Assembly (NCBI GenBank): GCA_043819795.1
Contig: JBDREN010000171.1
Span: forward strand, 1 to 45,991
DNA: 45,991 nucleotides
Reading direction: 5' to 3'
Origin: Elusimicrobiota bacterium
GTDB lineage: Bacteria; Elusimicrobiota; Elusimicrobia; UBA1565
Shown here: positions 19,201 to 26,688 of the stretch, one piece after another
Numbering within the stretch: position 1 is the first letter of the stretch
How the letters are laid out: every line of letters begins with the position of its first letter
The notes under the pieces: model-generated
What the model was told of the DNA's origin: nothing
What the model saw: only the letters and a program-made list of their open reading frames with translations
Databases searched by the model: none
Made by a program: the position numbers and the translations under genes

Positions 19201-19435
19201 GCAGCGCGCTCCTTCCGAGATTCAACTGGATCGGATGGACCGAAGAGCCCGGGGCGCTCAGGCGCACGGCGCCCGCGACGCCCACGGCGCCGAGGGATCC
19301 CACCCCGATGGCCTTCGAGGCGGAGGCCGCGCCGGCGGCCATCCCCGCCGCGGCCGCGTAGCAGCCGAAGCCCGGGGACATCGCGATGAGATTGACGGAG
19401 ATCACTGCGGCGATAGCGGAACGCATTAGTTTCAT
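16268..19435 (-). CDS. Fusion protein: signal peptide, Ala/Ser-rich region, M50 site-2 protease domain, propeptide-like region, S8 subtilase domain
   Basis: M50 motifs HEMGH, VALAGPAVN and FNLLPFAPLDG. S8 motifs VIDTG, NGHGS, AAGN and SGTSMS. ATG 19435 follows SD GGGAGGA; TATAAT at 19502-19497. Confidence 0.88.
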   Translation of the reverse strand: MKLMRSAIAAVISVNLIAMSPGFGCYAAAAGMAAGAASASKAIGVGSLGAVGVAGAVRLSAPGSSVHPIQLNLGRSALPTLAPAPKVDARSASQALPAAASVLPSAIPSAAASIAESPRASAAPQLSLSDTRGPPGARSAVAKREGENRARSAIKGLSLNIPRFGSMSSAAAKDAAHTDFIARIGPGSAFSGRSVAAAASRDGTLASFSRSSVRLQAARRGRSNMPDYPRTRDEDGGNDINPDVDDLGNPRRQTDPGPDSTDYPGDFGGGGGGGNDVLFSALPGIVAGTGVMAAAMASLTLPVAIAAYLGIVVPSLILHEMGHAWAADKLGDSAPKLAGRMSFTPKSLLSHIDPFATLLLPIGMLAASMASFGVPIALGGAKPVRVDPASFKRPSADMAKVALAGPAVNFGVAVGAGAVHAALLALGVTGIAPTVAALAVFFNVLLGVFNLLPFAPLDGSHVVRHVVSDWFKAPRVAKWLDSHRMTQIGVGLAALAFLSGGLVYTISKASAWLLRTPTQMASAALPALMAVGLLAGRFMPGSSDAPVQAAEAAQETPAAVDVIVRFTGSKRPLSHDIMLSLADVGLLGGMRRYGAMQQAMAAQLALAGLESQSLSAFNAAPVATYKRINTATIRVPAPRAAEFKAAMTARGFKVYDNERREIVRPIEDDPSAKKPLARPQRGGAVTMPETLKISTMDKVHEIARKQWGPPGESFGARLARAALRLAGTAIPQPPVGVIDTGVDAGHKLIKPGLKAAKDVRPGGDGADDNGHGSWVTGMVLWFAPWLRGSLTHYKAFSNGGATLDDVLKALTMAGNDGNIVISNSWGSGDGNPESPDSILVKKLAEEGHIMVFAAGNNGYYGKNTIGSPAIIHHRDAVTGAPGVIAVAATKRNKKRAAFSSQGPGSQVTERGGKWKDYPRKPDVAEQGEDTEGPWPADRRPGRVDPKLGPVKAISGTSMSTPKFAGTLVMLAMLFGVTKVGPALNKIVKASMDTLSNEHDQPDYAIGDGFSAVHAAYKKLVAEGLTPARSGALARFALWLAGRAAPARAASGGAKK

Positions 19436-19619
19436 CCGAATCCTCCCGAATAGGTTCGCGCCGTCTTCGATCTTCTTCCCCTGACCTCTGATAGGCATTA
19501 TAGCCGGACCTCGCCGAAACCGCTTGAGCCGTAGGTCCCACGGGGGGCGAAGCAATCGGCCCACCGCCCGGTAGGCCGGGGGACCCGGAGCGCACGGCCG
19601 AGGCCAATATGTTTAGGTC

Positions 19620-19648
19620 TTGACAGTTAAGACATTAAGCATTACATT
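19620..19648 (+). promoter_or_regulatory. Sigma70-type promoter of the MarR-TolC/RND operon, probably giving a leaderless mRNA
   Basis: TTGACA (19620-19625), 17-nt spacer, TACATT (19643-19648), then ATG 7 nt later with no SD. TTAA-N4-TTAA in the spacer is a candidate operator. Confidence 0.7.
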
Positions 19649-19655
19649 CCCTGGC

Positions 19656-21743
19656 ATGCCCCCCCCACAACCCCGTCCCGGCAAACCCGCCGGGACCCGC
19701 GAACAGCTGGGCCGCTACTACGGGGAGCGGTTCCGCTACATGAAGAGCCGCTACCCCGCGTTCGACCCCGTGCTCGCCGAGACCCACCTAAGCCTCATCC
19801 GCACGAGCGACATGCTCTGGCGGATGCTGGGGCGCTATCTCCGCCCCTACGACCTCACCCCCCCGGCGATGGGGATCCTCATCCTGCTCGAAAGCGGCCG
19901 GAGCGCGCTGCCGATGCGCCGGCTGAGCCGGCAGATGGTCGTGACCCAGGCCAACGTCACCGGCCTCGTCGACACCCTCGAGAAGCGGGGCTTGGTGCGC
20001 CGCCGCGCCGATCCCGGGGACCGGCGCGTGACCTTGATCGAGATCACCGAGACCGGGCGCGGGAGATTGAACAAACTGCTTCCCGGATACTTCCGCCTGC
20101 TCCATTCGGTCTACGGCGGCCTCGGCCGGAAGAAGACCGCGACCCTGAGCCGCGCCCTCGAGACCATCCGCGCGCGGCTTCTTCCCTTCATGGGCCTGGC
20201 CCTGCTGCTGGCCGCCCCGGCCGCGCGCGCAACGGCGGCCCCTTCCCCGGAGGACGCGCCGGTCTCCGCCTCCAGCGGACCGGCCGCCGGGACGCTGCGT
20301 CTGCGCGCCGCGGTCGAGACCGCCCTGCGGGGGCATCCTGCTTTGCAGGAGCCGCGATCGGCCCTGGACCGGGCTCTGGCCGCGCAGATGCGCCTCCTCG
20401 GAGACTACGACACATCCCTCACGGCGAGCCTGCGGCGCCTCGACAGCAAGACGCCGCCGCACCTGTTCTTCGGGGCCCCCCGGACGACCACCGACAGCTT
20501 CGCCGCGGCCGCCCGGCGCCGCTTCGCCACCGGGACGCGGGCCGAGGTCGGGACCTCCTATGCGCGCGAGCAAGACGACGCCAGCTCGACCTTCGTCGTC
20601 AATCCCCGCGCCCGCTCCCGCCTGGACCTCAGCCTCGCCCAATCTTTGCTCAAGGGCATGGTGGGACGCCCCGAACGCGCGGCGCTGCGCGCCTCGGCCC
20701 TCGCGGTACGCTCCGCGCGCGCCTCCCTGGGGCGCGCGGCCGAGAGGCTGGCCCGCGACGTCAGCGCGGCCTATTGGGAGCTCTGGCGCAGCCGCCGCGA
20801 CGTGGAGGTGCTCCGCGCCTCCGTGGAGGAGGCCCGCGAGTTCCTCGAGACCACGCGCAAGCTATTCAAGCGCTATGAGGCCGAGAAAGACGACCTGCTC
20901 CGCGCCGAGGCGGACCTTCTCGCCAAGGAGCTCGAGGTGCTCGCGTCCCAAGAGCGGGTCCGGGAGAGGACCGAGGACCTGCGCGTGGCCGCGGCGCTGT
21001 CCTCCGAGGAGATCGAAGCCGGCATATTGGAAGAGCCCGCCGAGCCGGAGGAGGTCCCTTCCGCTGAGACCGCCCTTGCGCGCGCTCTGGAGCTCCGGAA
21101 GGACCTGCGGGCCCTCAGACTCCATGCCGAGATCGATCGCATCAACCTCGACGCGGCGGCCGGGCTGGGACTGCCGACCCTCGACCTGACCGGCGCCTGG
21201 GGCTGGTCGGGGCTCAAGACCGGCATCTCGGACAGCCTGGCCCAGCTCGGGCGCATGGGCTTTCGCACATGGAGCGTCGGGCTGGACCTCTCATACGCCT
21301 TTGGAACGCGCAAAGACAGGGGCCAGCGCCTGGACGCCGAGACGGCCCGGGCCCTTTCGTCCGCTCGCGTGGATCAGCTCCGGCGCGAGATCGAGCGAGA
21401 GATAACGGTCGCCGTCAGCCGGCTTCGCCTCGCGGGAGAGCGGGTGAGGATCACGCGCCGCCTGGAGACCATGCAGGAGGAGGTCCTCAAGATCTCCCGG
21501 CAGAAATACGGCCAGGGCCGCATCACGAGCCGCGAGCGGCTCGAGAGCGCGAACGCCGCCCTGCTGGCCCGCAGCGCCCGGCTCGCCGCGGTCGCCCAGC
21601 ACGCGGCCGCGCTCTCGGCCCAGAAGGCGGGCGAGGGAGCCCTGCTTGAGTGGCTCGGGGTGCCCCTCTCGGCGACGCTCACTCCGGCCCCGGGACCGGT
21701 CCTCACCCGCGCTCTTCCGGCGACGCGGCGGGAGCGCCCATGA
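19656..21743 (+). CDS. MarR-family regulator fused in frame to a signal-peptide-like segment and a TolC-family outer membrane efflux protein
   Basis: MarR part: YDLTPP..IL, NVTGLVDTLEKRGLVRR..DPGDRRVTLIEITETG. Then RARLLPFMGLALLLAAPAARA. TolC-like repeats: AVETALRGHP, DVSAAYWEL, ALELRKDL, LPTLDLTG, KYGQG. No stop codon between the parts. Confidence 0.85.
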   Translation: MPPPQPRPGKPAGTREQLGRYYGERFRYMKSRYPAFDPVLAETHLSLIRTSDMLWRMLGRYLRPYDLTPPAMGILILLESGRSALPMRRLSRQMVVTQANVTGLVDTLEKRGLVRRRADPGDRRVTLIEITETGRGRLNKLLPGYFRLLHSVYGGLGRKKTATLSRALETIRARLLPFMGLALLLAAPAARATAAPSPEDAPVSASSGPAAGTLRLRAAVETALRGHPALQEPRSALDRALAAQMRLLGDYDTSLTASLRRLDSKTPPHLFFGAPRTTTDSFAAAARRRFATGTRAEVGTSYAREQDDASSTFVVNPRARSRLDLSLAQSLLKGMVGRPERAALRASALAVRSARASLGRAAERLARDVSAAYWELWRSRRDVEVLRASVEEAREFLETTRKLFKRYEAEKDDLLRAEADLLAKELEVLASQERVRERTEDLRVAAALSSEEIEAGILEEPAEPEEVPSAETALARALELRKDLRALRLHAEIDRINLDAAAGLGLPTLDLTGAWGWSGLKTGISDSLAQLGRMGFRTWSVGLDLSYAFGTRKDRGQRLDAETARALSSARVDQLRREIEREITVAVSRLRLAGERVRITRRLETMQEEVLKISRQKYGQGRITSRERLESANAALLARSARLAAVAQHAAALSAQKAGEGALLEWLGVPLSATLTPAPGPVLTRALPATRRERP

Positions 21744-24700
21744 CGCCCGATCCTCCCCGCGACCCGCGCGAGCTGGGGCTCTTCCGCTTCTTCGCCCGCC
21801 AGCACGTTTTCACGAACCTCGTCGTGCTCTTCGTGCTGGTCGTCGGAGGCTGGCTCGCCGTCACGATCACGAAGGAAGCCTTCCCCCAGATCGACTTCGA
21901 CATCGTCCTCATCCAGACGCCCTTCCGGGGGGCGGTGCCCGAGGAAGTGGAGCGGCTCGTAACGGTGCCGATCGAGCGCGCCATCAAAGGCATCGACGGG
22001 ATCGAGGACATGGACTCCTGGTCGGTCGAGGGCTTCTCCGTCATCGTGCTGCGCCTGGACCCCGACCACCCGGACAAGAAGAAGACCGTCAAGGACGTCG
22101 AGCGAGAGGTCGACCGGGTGCGCAACTCCGAGCTTCCGGAGGACGGCGACGAGCCCTTCGTCGACGAGCTGAGCTCGATCCATCCGGTGCTGAGCGTGGA
22201 CCTCTCGAGCGCGCCCGAACGCGAGCTGCGCCTCATCGCGCGCCTGCTCGAGGACGACATCCTGGAGATCCCGGGAGTAAACAAGGTGACGAAAGGCGGC
22301 TACCGCCGCGAGCAGATCTGGGTCGAGGCCGACCAGTCCGAGCTCGGGAAGCTGCACCTCTCGCTGCTGGACCTCATCAACGCCGTCGCGCGCTCGAACC
22401 ACACCTCCCCCGGCGGCCGGATGGTCATCGACGGCAAGGAGGTCCTGGTGCGCACGATGGGCCGTCTGCAGACGGCCAAGGACGTGCGGGACGTGGTGGT
22501 CCGCTCCAACGTCGAGGGGCAGAACGTGCACCTGCGCGACGTCGCGCGCGTCTTCGACGGCTTCGAACGCGAGGAGACGTTCACCCGGGTGAACGGGACG
22601 AAGGCCCTGCACCTGACGATCTTCAAAAAACCGAGCGGCGACGCGCTCGACATCGCCAAGGAGGTCCGAAAGACGGTCGACCGCTATCGCAAGCTCCATC
22701 CCCGCGCGAGCTTCACCTACTCCGACGACATCTCCTTCTACATCAAGCGCCGCCTCGACGTGCTGGTGCGCAACGGCAGCCAGGGCATCGTGCTCGTGCT
22801 GCTCTGCCTGTTCTTCTTCCTGTCGCCGGGAAGCGCCATCTTCACCACGATCGCGATCCCCTTCGCCTTCCTGGGCGGGCTCATCGTGATACACCTGATG
22901 GGCTACACCGTGAACCTCCTCACCATGTTCGCCTTCATCCTGGTCTCGGGCATGCTGGTGGACGACGGGGTGGTCGTCTCGGAGTTCTACGAAAAGAAGC
23001 GCGAGGAGGGGCTTCCCCCCTTCCAGGCGTCCGTGGTCGGGACCTCACAGATGGCTCTGCCGATCACGACCGCGGTCCTCACCACGATCGTGGCTTTCAT
23101 GCCTCTCGCCTACGTCTCCGGCATCATGGGGAAGTTCCTCCGGCAGTTCCCGGTCGTGGTCGTGGCCACGCTCATCGTGGATCTCCTGGAATGCCTGTTC
23201 ATCCTGCCGAGCCACCTGGCGCTGTTCTCGGCGCGGCTGCGCTTTCCGGAGCGCGTCGAGCGCCTGCGCAGCTGGGGGCCCCGGATGTTCAAGGCTGTCG
23301 AAAGGCTCTATACGCCCTGGCTGAGCCGCTTCGTGCGCCATCCCATCCTGGGGACGTCTTTCTTCATGGTCCTTCTCATCGTCTCGCTCGGACTCTCGAT
23401 CGTCCTTCTTCGGTTCCACATGTTCCCCGTGGCCGTTGACGAGTTCTTCGTCTCCATCGAGATGCCCATAGGCACCAGCCTCCAGAAGACGAGCGAAACG
23501 TCGGCCGAGATCGAGCGCATCCTGCAGGGGCTGCCGGCCCACGAGGTCGAGTCCATCATCAGCGAGATGGGGATCATGGGCGACGAGCACCAGCGTCAGC
23601 GCGGCACCCACTACGCCCAGTCCCGCATCATCCTCGATCGCACGGGAGCTCGCACGCGCGACGGCAGAGAGATCCTAGGTGAGATCCGTCCCCGGCTGGA
23701 AGCGACCGCCGAACGGCTCGGCGTGGTGAATCTGGAGATCCAGCAGCGCCGCGCCGGCCCCCCTTCGGGCAAGCCCGTCGAGGTAAGGCTGGCCGGCGAC
23801 GACTTCGAGGTCCTTTCGGGACTGTCCCACAAGGCCCGGGGCTGGCTCACGGAGCAGGACGGCGTCTTCGGCGTGAAGGACGATTTCACGCCGGGCAAAG
23901 AGGAACTGCTCCTGGAGGTGGACGTGGACGCCGTCGCCCGCGCGGGCCTCGAGCCCCGCCTGGTCGCGCGGGTCGTCCGCTCCGCGTTCGACGGGGAGAT
24001 CGCGACCGAGATCCAAAGGGTGGACGCCGACGAGGACATCGAGGTTCTCGTCAAGCTGCCGGAGTCCGCCCGCGGCTCCCGAGACACTCTCGAGCGGATC
24101 CGCGTCACGAACCCGCGCGGACGCCTCGTCCCCCTCTCTCAGCTCATACGCTCGCGCAAGGGCTCGGGCTATCTCATGATCCCGCACGCCGAGGGGAAGA
24201 GGACCATCACGGTCACCGCGGACGTGGACCAGGACGTCACCACATCGCGGCGGGCCACGGCCGACCTCGACTCCTTCCTCCGGGGACTCATGGCAGACTA
24301 CCCATCGGTCCGCTACGAGTTCGTAGGGGAGGAGAAGGACCGGATCGAATCGATCGCGTCCCTGCGCCGGGCGATGGCCATCGCCTGCATCGTGATCTAC
24401 ACGCTGATGGCGACGCTCCTGCGCTCATTCACGCTGCCTTTGATCGTCATGTCCATCATCCCCTTCGCCTTCATCGGCGTGTTCCTCACGCTGCTGCTGC
24501 ACGGCCTGCCCCTCTCGATGCTGGTGCTCATCGGCCTGGCCGGCCTCATGGGAGTGGTCGTCAACAACTCGATCCTCCTGGTCGAGGCGGTCGGCCGCCT
24601 GGCCGTGGAAAGGCCGGACCTCGACCTGCCCGGCCGCCTCGTAGAGGCCGGCCGCCAGCGACTGAGGCCGATCCTACTGACCAGCATCACGACCTTCTTC

Positions 24701-24919
24701 GGCGTCGCCCCGCTGGGCTACGGCATCGGGGGCCGGGAGCCCTTCCTCGAGCACGTGGCCCTCACCTTCGGCTGGGGGCTCCTCTTCACCGCCTTCGTCA
24801 CGCTCTTCCTGGTGCCGACCCTCTACGCCCTCCTCCACCGGTTTCTTCCCTCCGCCCTGGCGCGGGACCTGCCGGCCGGCGCCGGCAACGGCGCGGTCGG
24901 CGAGGCTCGCCAACCTTGA
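21740..24919 (+). CDS. RND (AcrB/AcrD/AcrF family) efflux permease
   Basis: Motifs EAFPQID, GAVPEEVERLVT.PIE, GMLVDDGVVV (TM4), GVVVNNSILLV and RLRPILLTS; about 1059 aa. ATG 21740 overlaps the upstream TGA. Confidence 0.95.
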   Translation: MTPDPPRDPRELGLFRFFARQHVFTNLVVLFVLVVGGWLAVTITKEAFPQIDFDIVLIQTPFRGAVPEEVERLVTVPIERAIKGIDGIEDMDSWSVEGFSVIVLRLDPDHPDKKKTVKDVEREVDRVRNSELPEDGDEPFVDELSSIHPVLSVDLSSAPERELRLIARLLEDDILEIPGVNKVTKGGYRREQIWVEADQSELGKLHLSLLDLINAVARSNHTSPGGRMVIDGKEVLVRTMGRLQTAKDVRDVVVRSNVEGQNVHLRDVARVFDGFEREETFTRVNGTKALHLTIFKKPSGDALDIAKEVRKTVDRYRKLHPRASFTYSDDISFYIKRRLDVLVRNGSQGIVLVLLCLFFFLSPGSAIFTTIAIPFAFLGGLIVIHLMGYTVNLLTMFAFILVSGMLVDDGVVVSEFYEKKREEGLPPFQASVVGTSQMALPITTAVLTTIVAFMPLAYVSGIMGKFLRQFPVVVVATLIVDLLECLFILPSHLALFSARLRFPERVERLRSWGPRMFKAVERLYTPWLSRFVRHPILGTSFFMVLLIVSLGLSIVLLRFHMFPVAVDEFFVSIEMPIGTSLQKTSETSAEIERILQGLPAHEVESIISEMGIMGDEHQRQRGTHYAQSRIILDRTGARTRDGREILGEIRPRLEATAERLGVVNLEIQQRRAGPPSGKPVEVRLAGDDFEVLSGLSHKARGWLTEQDGVFGVKDDFTPGKEELLLEVDVDAVARAGLEPRLVARVVRSAFDGEIATEIQRVDADEDIEVLVKLPESARGSRDTLERIRVTNPRGRLVPLSQLIRSRKGSGYLMIPHAEGKRTITVTADVDQDVTTSRRATADLDSFLRGLMADYPSVRYEFVGEEKDRIESIASLRRAMAIACIVIYTLMATLLRSFTLPLIVMSIIPFAFIGVFLTLLLHGLPLSMLVLIGLAGLMGVVVNNSILLVEAVGRLAVERPDLDLPGRLVEAGRQRLRPILLTSITTFFGVAPLGYGIGGREPFLEHVALTFGWGLLFTAFVTLFLVPTLYALLHRFLPSALARDLPAGAGNGAVGEARQP

Positions 24920-24944
24920 CGAAGCGTCGGACTTCCGTTAAGCT
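24916..24944 (+). promoter_or_regulatory. Putative promoter for the TldD/TldE pair
   Basis: TTGACG, 17-nt spacer, TAAGCT. SD GGAGGT before ATG 24964. Confidence 0.5.
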
Positions 24945-24963
24945 ACCGGGGACCGGAGGTAAC

Positions 24964-26688
24964 ATGAATCGTCACGCCCGATCCCTCATCGCAGCGCTCC
25001 TGGCCGCCGTCCTGGCCCATCTCCCCGCCCGGCTACTCGCCGCCGAGACGCCGGACGACGACCCGGTGCTCTCGGCCATGCGCAAGGAGCTCGAGCGCTC
25101 GTTCTCGGCTCTCCAGAACGCCGAGAAGACCCCGCTCTACTTCCTCGGCTACCAGATCCGCGACACCCGCAGCTACCATCTCGACGCGCTCCTGGGCGCC
25201 ATCCGTTCGGAGAACGACCGCCGCCACCGCTTCCTAGACGTGGACGTCCGCGTTGGCAGCCGCAAGCTCGACAATACCCACCAGATCAAGGGCGCCGGGA
25301 GCTGGCTCGAGCGAAGCGGAGAGCGGCACACCGAGGTGACGGTAGATGACGACGGAGACGCCCTGCGCGCCGATATCTGGCGCCGCACGGACAAGGCCTT
25401 CAAGGAGGCATTCCGCCGCTACACGAAAGTCGTCACGAACAAGGCCGTGACGGCGGAGGAAGAGGACAAGTCGTGGGACTTCTCCGAGGAGAAGCCGGCC
25501 CGCTTCTACGAGAAGATCCCGCATCCGGAGGTGGACAAGAATGCATGGCGCGAACGCCTGCGCCGCATTTCGGCCACCTTCAAGAAGTACCCATTCATCA
25601 TAGACACCGGGGTCTCGCTCAGCGTCGACACCCTCCACCGCTACATGGTCAACTCCGAGGGCGCCGAGATCGTCACCGGCGACCGCTATATCCGCCTCAG
25701 CTACCGCATCTCCGCGCGCACGGACGACGGCATGGACCTCGACCGCTTCCGGAGCTACGACGCGGACCGCCTCGAAGACCTGCCCGGCGAAGCGGCGATC
25801 ATCGCCGACATGGAACGCTCGGCCGCCGAGCTCCAGGCGCTGCACAAGGCGCCGCTCGTGGAGCCCTTCAACGGCCCGGCGATCTTCCGCAACAGGGCCA
25901 CGGGCGTATACTTCCACGAGATACTGGGCCACCGGCTCGAGGGCCACCGCCAGAAGCTCGAGGAGGAGGGGCAGACCTTCACGAAGAAGCTCGACAAGCT
26001 GATCACCGCGCCGTTCATCACCGTCTACGACGACCCGAAGCTCGATCGCTTCCGAGGACAGTTCCTCCGGGGCGCCTACCGATACGATGACGAAGGCGTC
26101 GCGTCCAGACGCGTCGACCTGATCCTGAGAGGAAAGCTCAAGGCTTTCCTGATGTCGCGCTCGCCGATCGAGCGCTTCGGCAACTCCAACGGCCACGGCC
26201 GCAGGAGCGCGGGCCACGAGGTCGTGGCCCGGATGGGGAACCTCATCGTCAAGTCCCGACAGAGGGTCTCGAGCCAGAGGCTGCGAGAGATGCTCATCGA
26301 GGAGATACGCAAGCAAGGAAAGCCCTACGGCCTCATCTTCGAGGACATCGCCGGGGGCTTCACGAGCACGTCGCGCCACGGCACGCAGTCGTTCAAGGTG
26401 ATCCCCAAGCTCGTCTACCGCGTCTATCCCGACGGCCGGCCCGATGAGGCCGTCCGCGGGGTGGACATCGTCGGGACGCCGCTCACGGCCTTCACGAAGA
26501 TCATCGGCGCGGGAGACGATCCCGGCGTCTTCAACGGGACCTGCGGCGCGGAATCCGGCTGGGTCCCGGTCTCCGCGGTGGCGCCGAGCATCCTCGTCTC
26601 CGAGATCGAGGTGGAGAAGAAGTTCAAATCCTCCGATAAGCCGCCGGTCCTGTCGCCGCCCCATCACGAGAAGGAGGACCGGCCATGA
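24964..26688 (+). CDS. TldD-like metalloprotease with an N-terminal signal peptide
   Basis: Motifs HEILGHRLEG (HExxxH), YDDEGV, SNGHGR, ARMGNL and C-terminal CGAESG.VPVS. Leader MNRHARSLIAALLAAVLAHLPARLLA. Confidence 0.9.
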   Translation: MNRHARSLIAALLAAVLAHLPARLLAAETPDDDPVLSAMRKELERSFSALQNAEKTPLYFLGYQIRDTRSYHLDALLGAIRSENDRRHRFLDVDVRVGSRKLDNTHQIKGAGSWLERSGERHTEVTVDDDGDALRADIWRRTDKAFKEAFRRYTKVVTNKAVTAEEEDKSWDFSEEKPARFYEKIPHPEVDKNAWRERLRRISATFKKYPFIIDTGVSLSVDTLHRYMVNSEGAEIVTGDRYIRLSYRISARTDDGMDLDRFRSYDADRLEDLPGEAAIIADMERSAAELQALHKAPLVEPFNGPAIFRNRATGVYFHEILGHRLEGHRQKLEEEGQTFTKKLDKLITAPFITVYDDPKLDRFRGQFLRGAYRYDDEGVASRRVDLILRGKLKAFLMSRSPIERFGNSNGHGRRSAGHEVVARMGNLIVKSRQRVSSQRLREMLIEEIRKQGKPYGLIFEDIAGGFTSTSRHGTQSFKVIPKLVYRVYPDGRPDEAVRGVDIVGTPLTAFTKIIGAGDDPGVFNGTCGAESGWVPVSAVAPSILVSEIEVEKKFKSSDKPPVLSPPHHEKEDRP

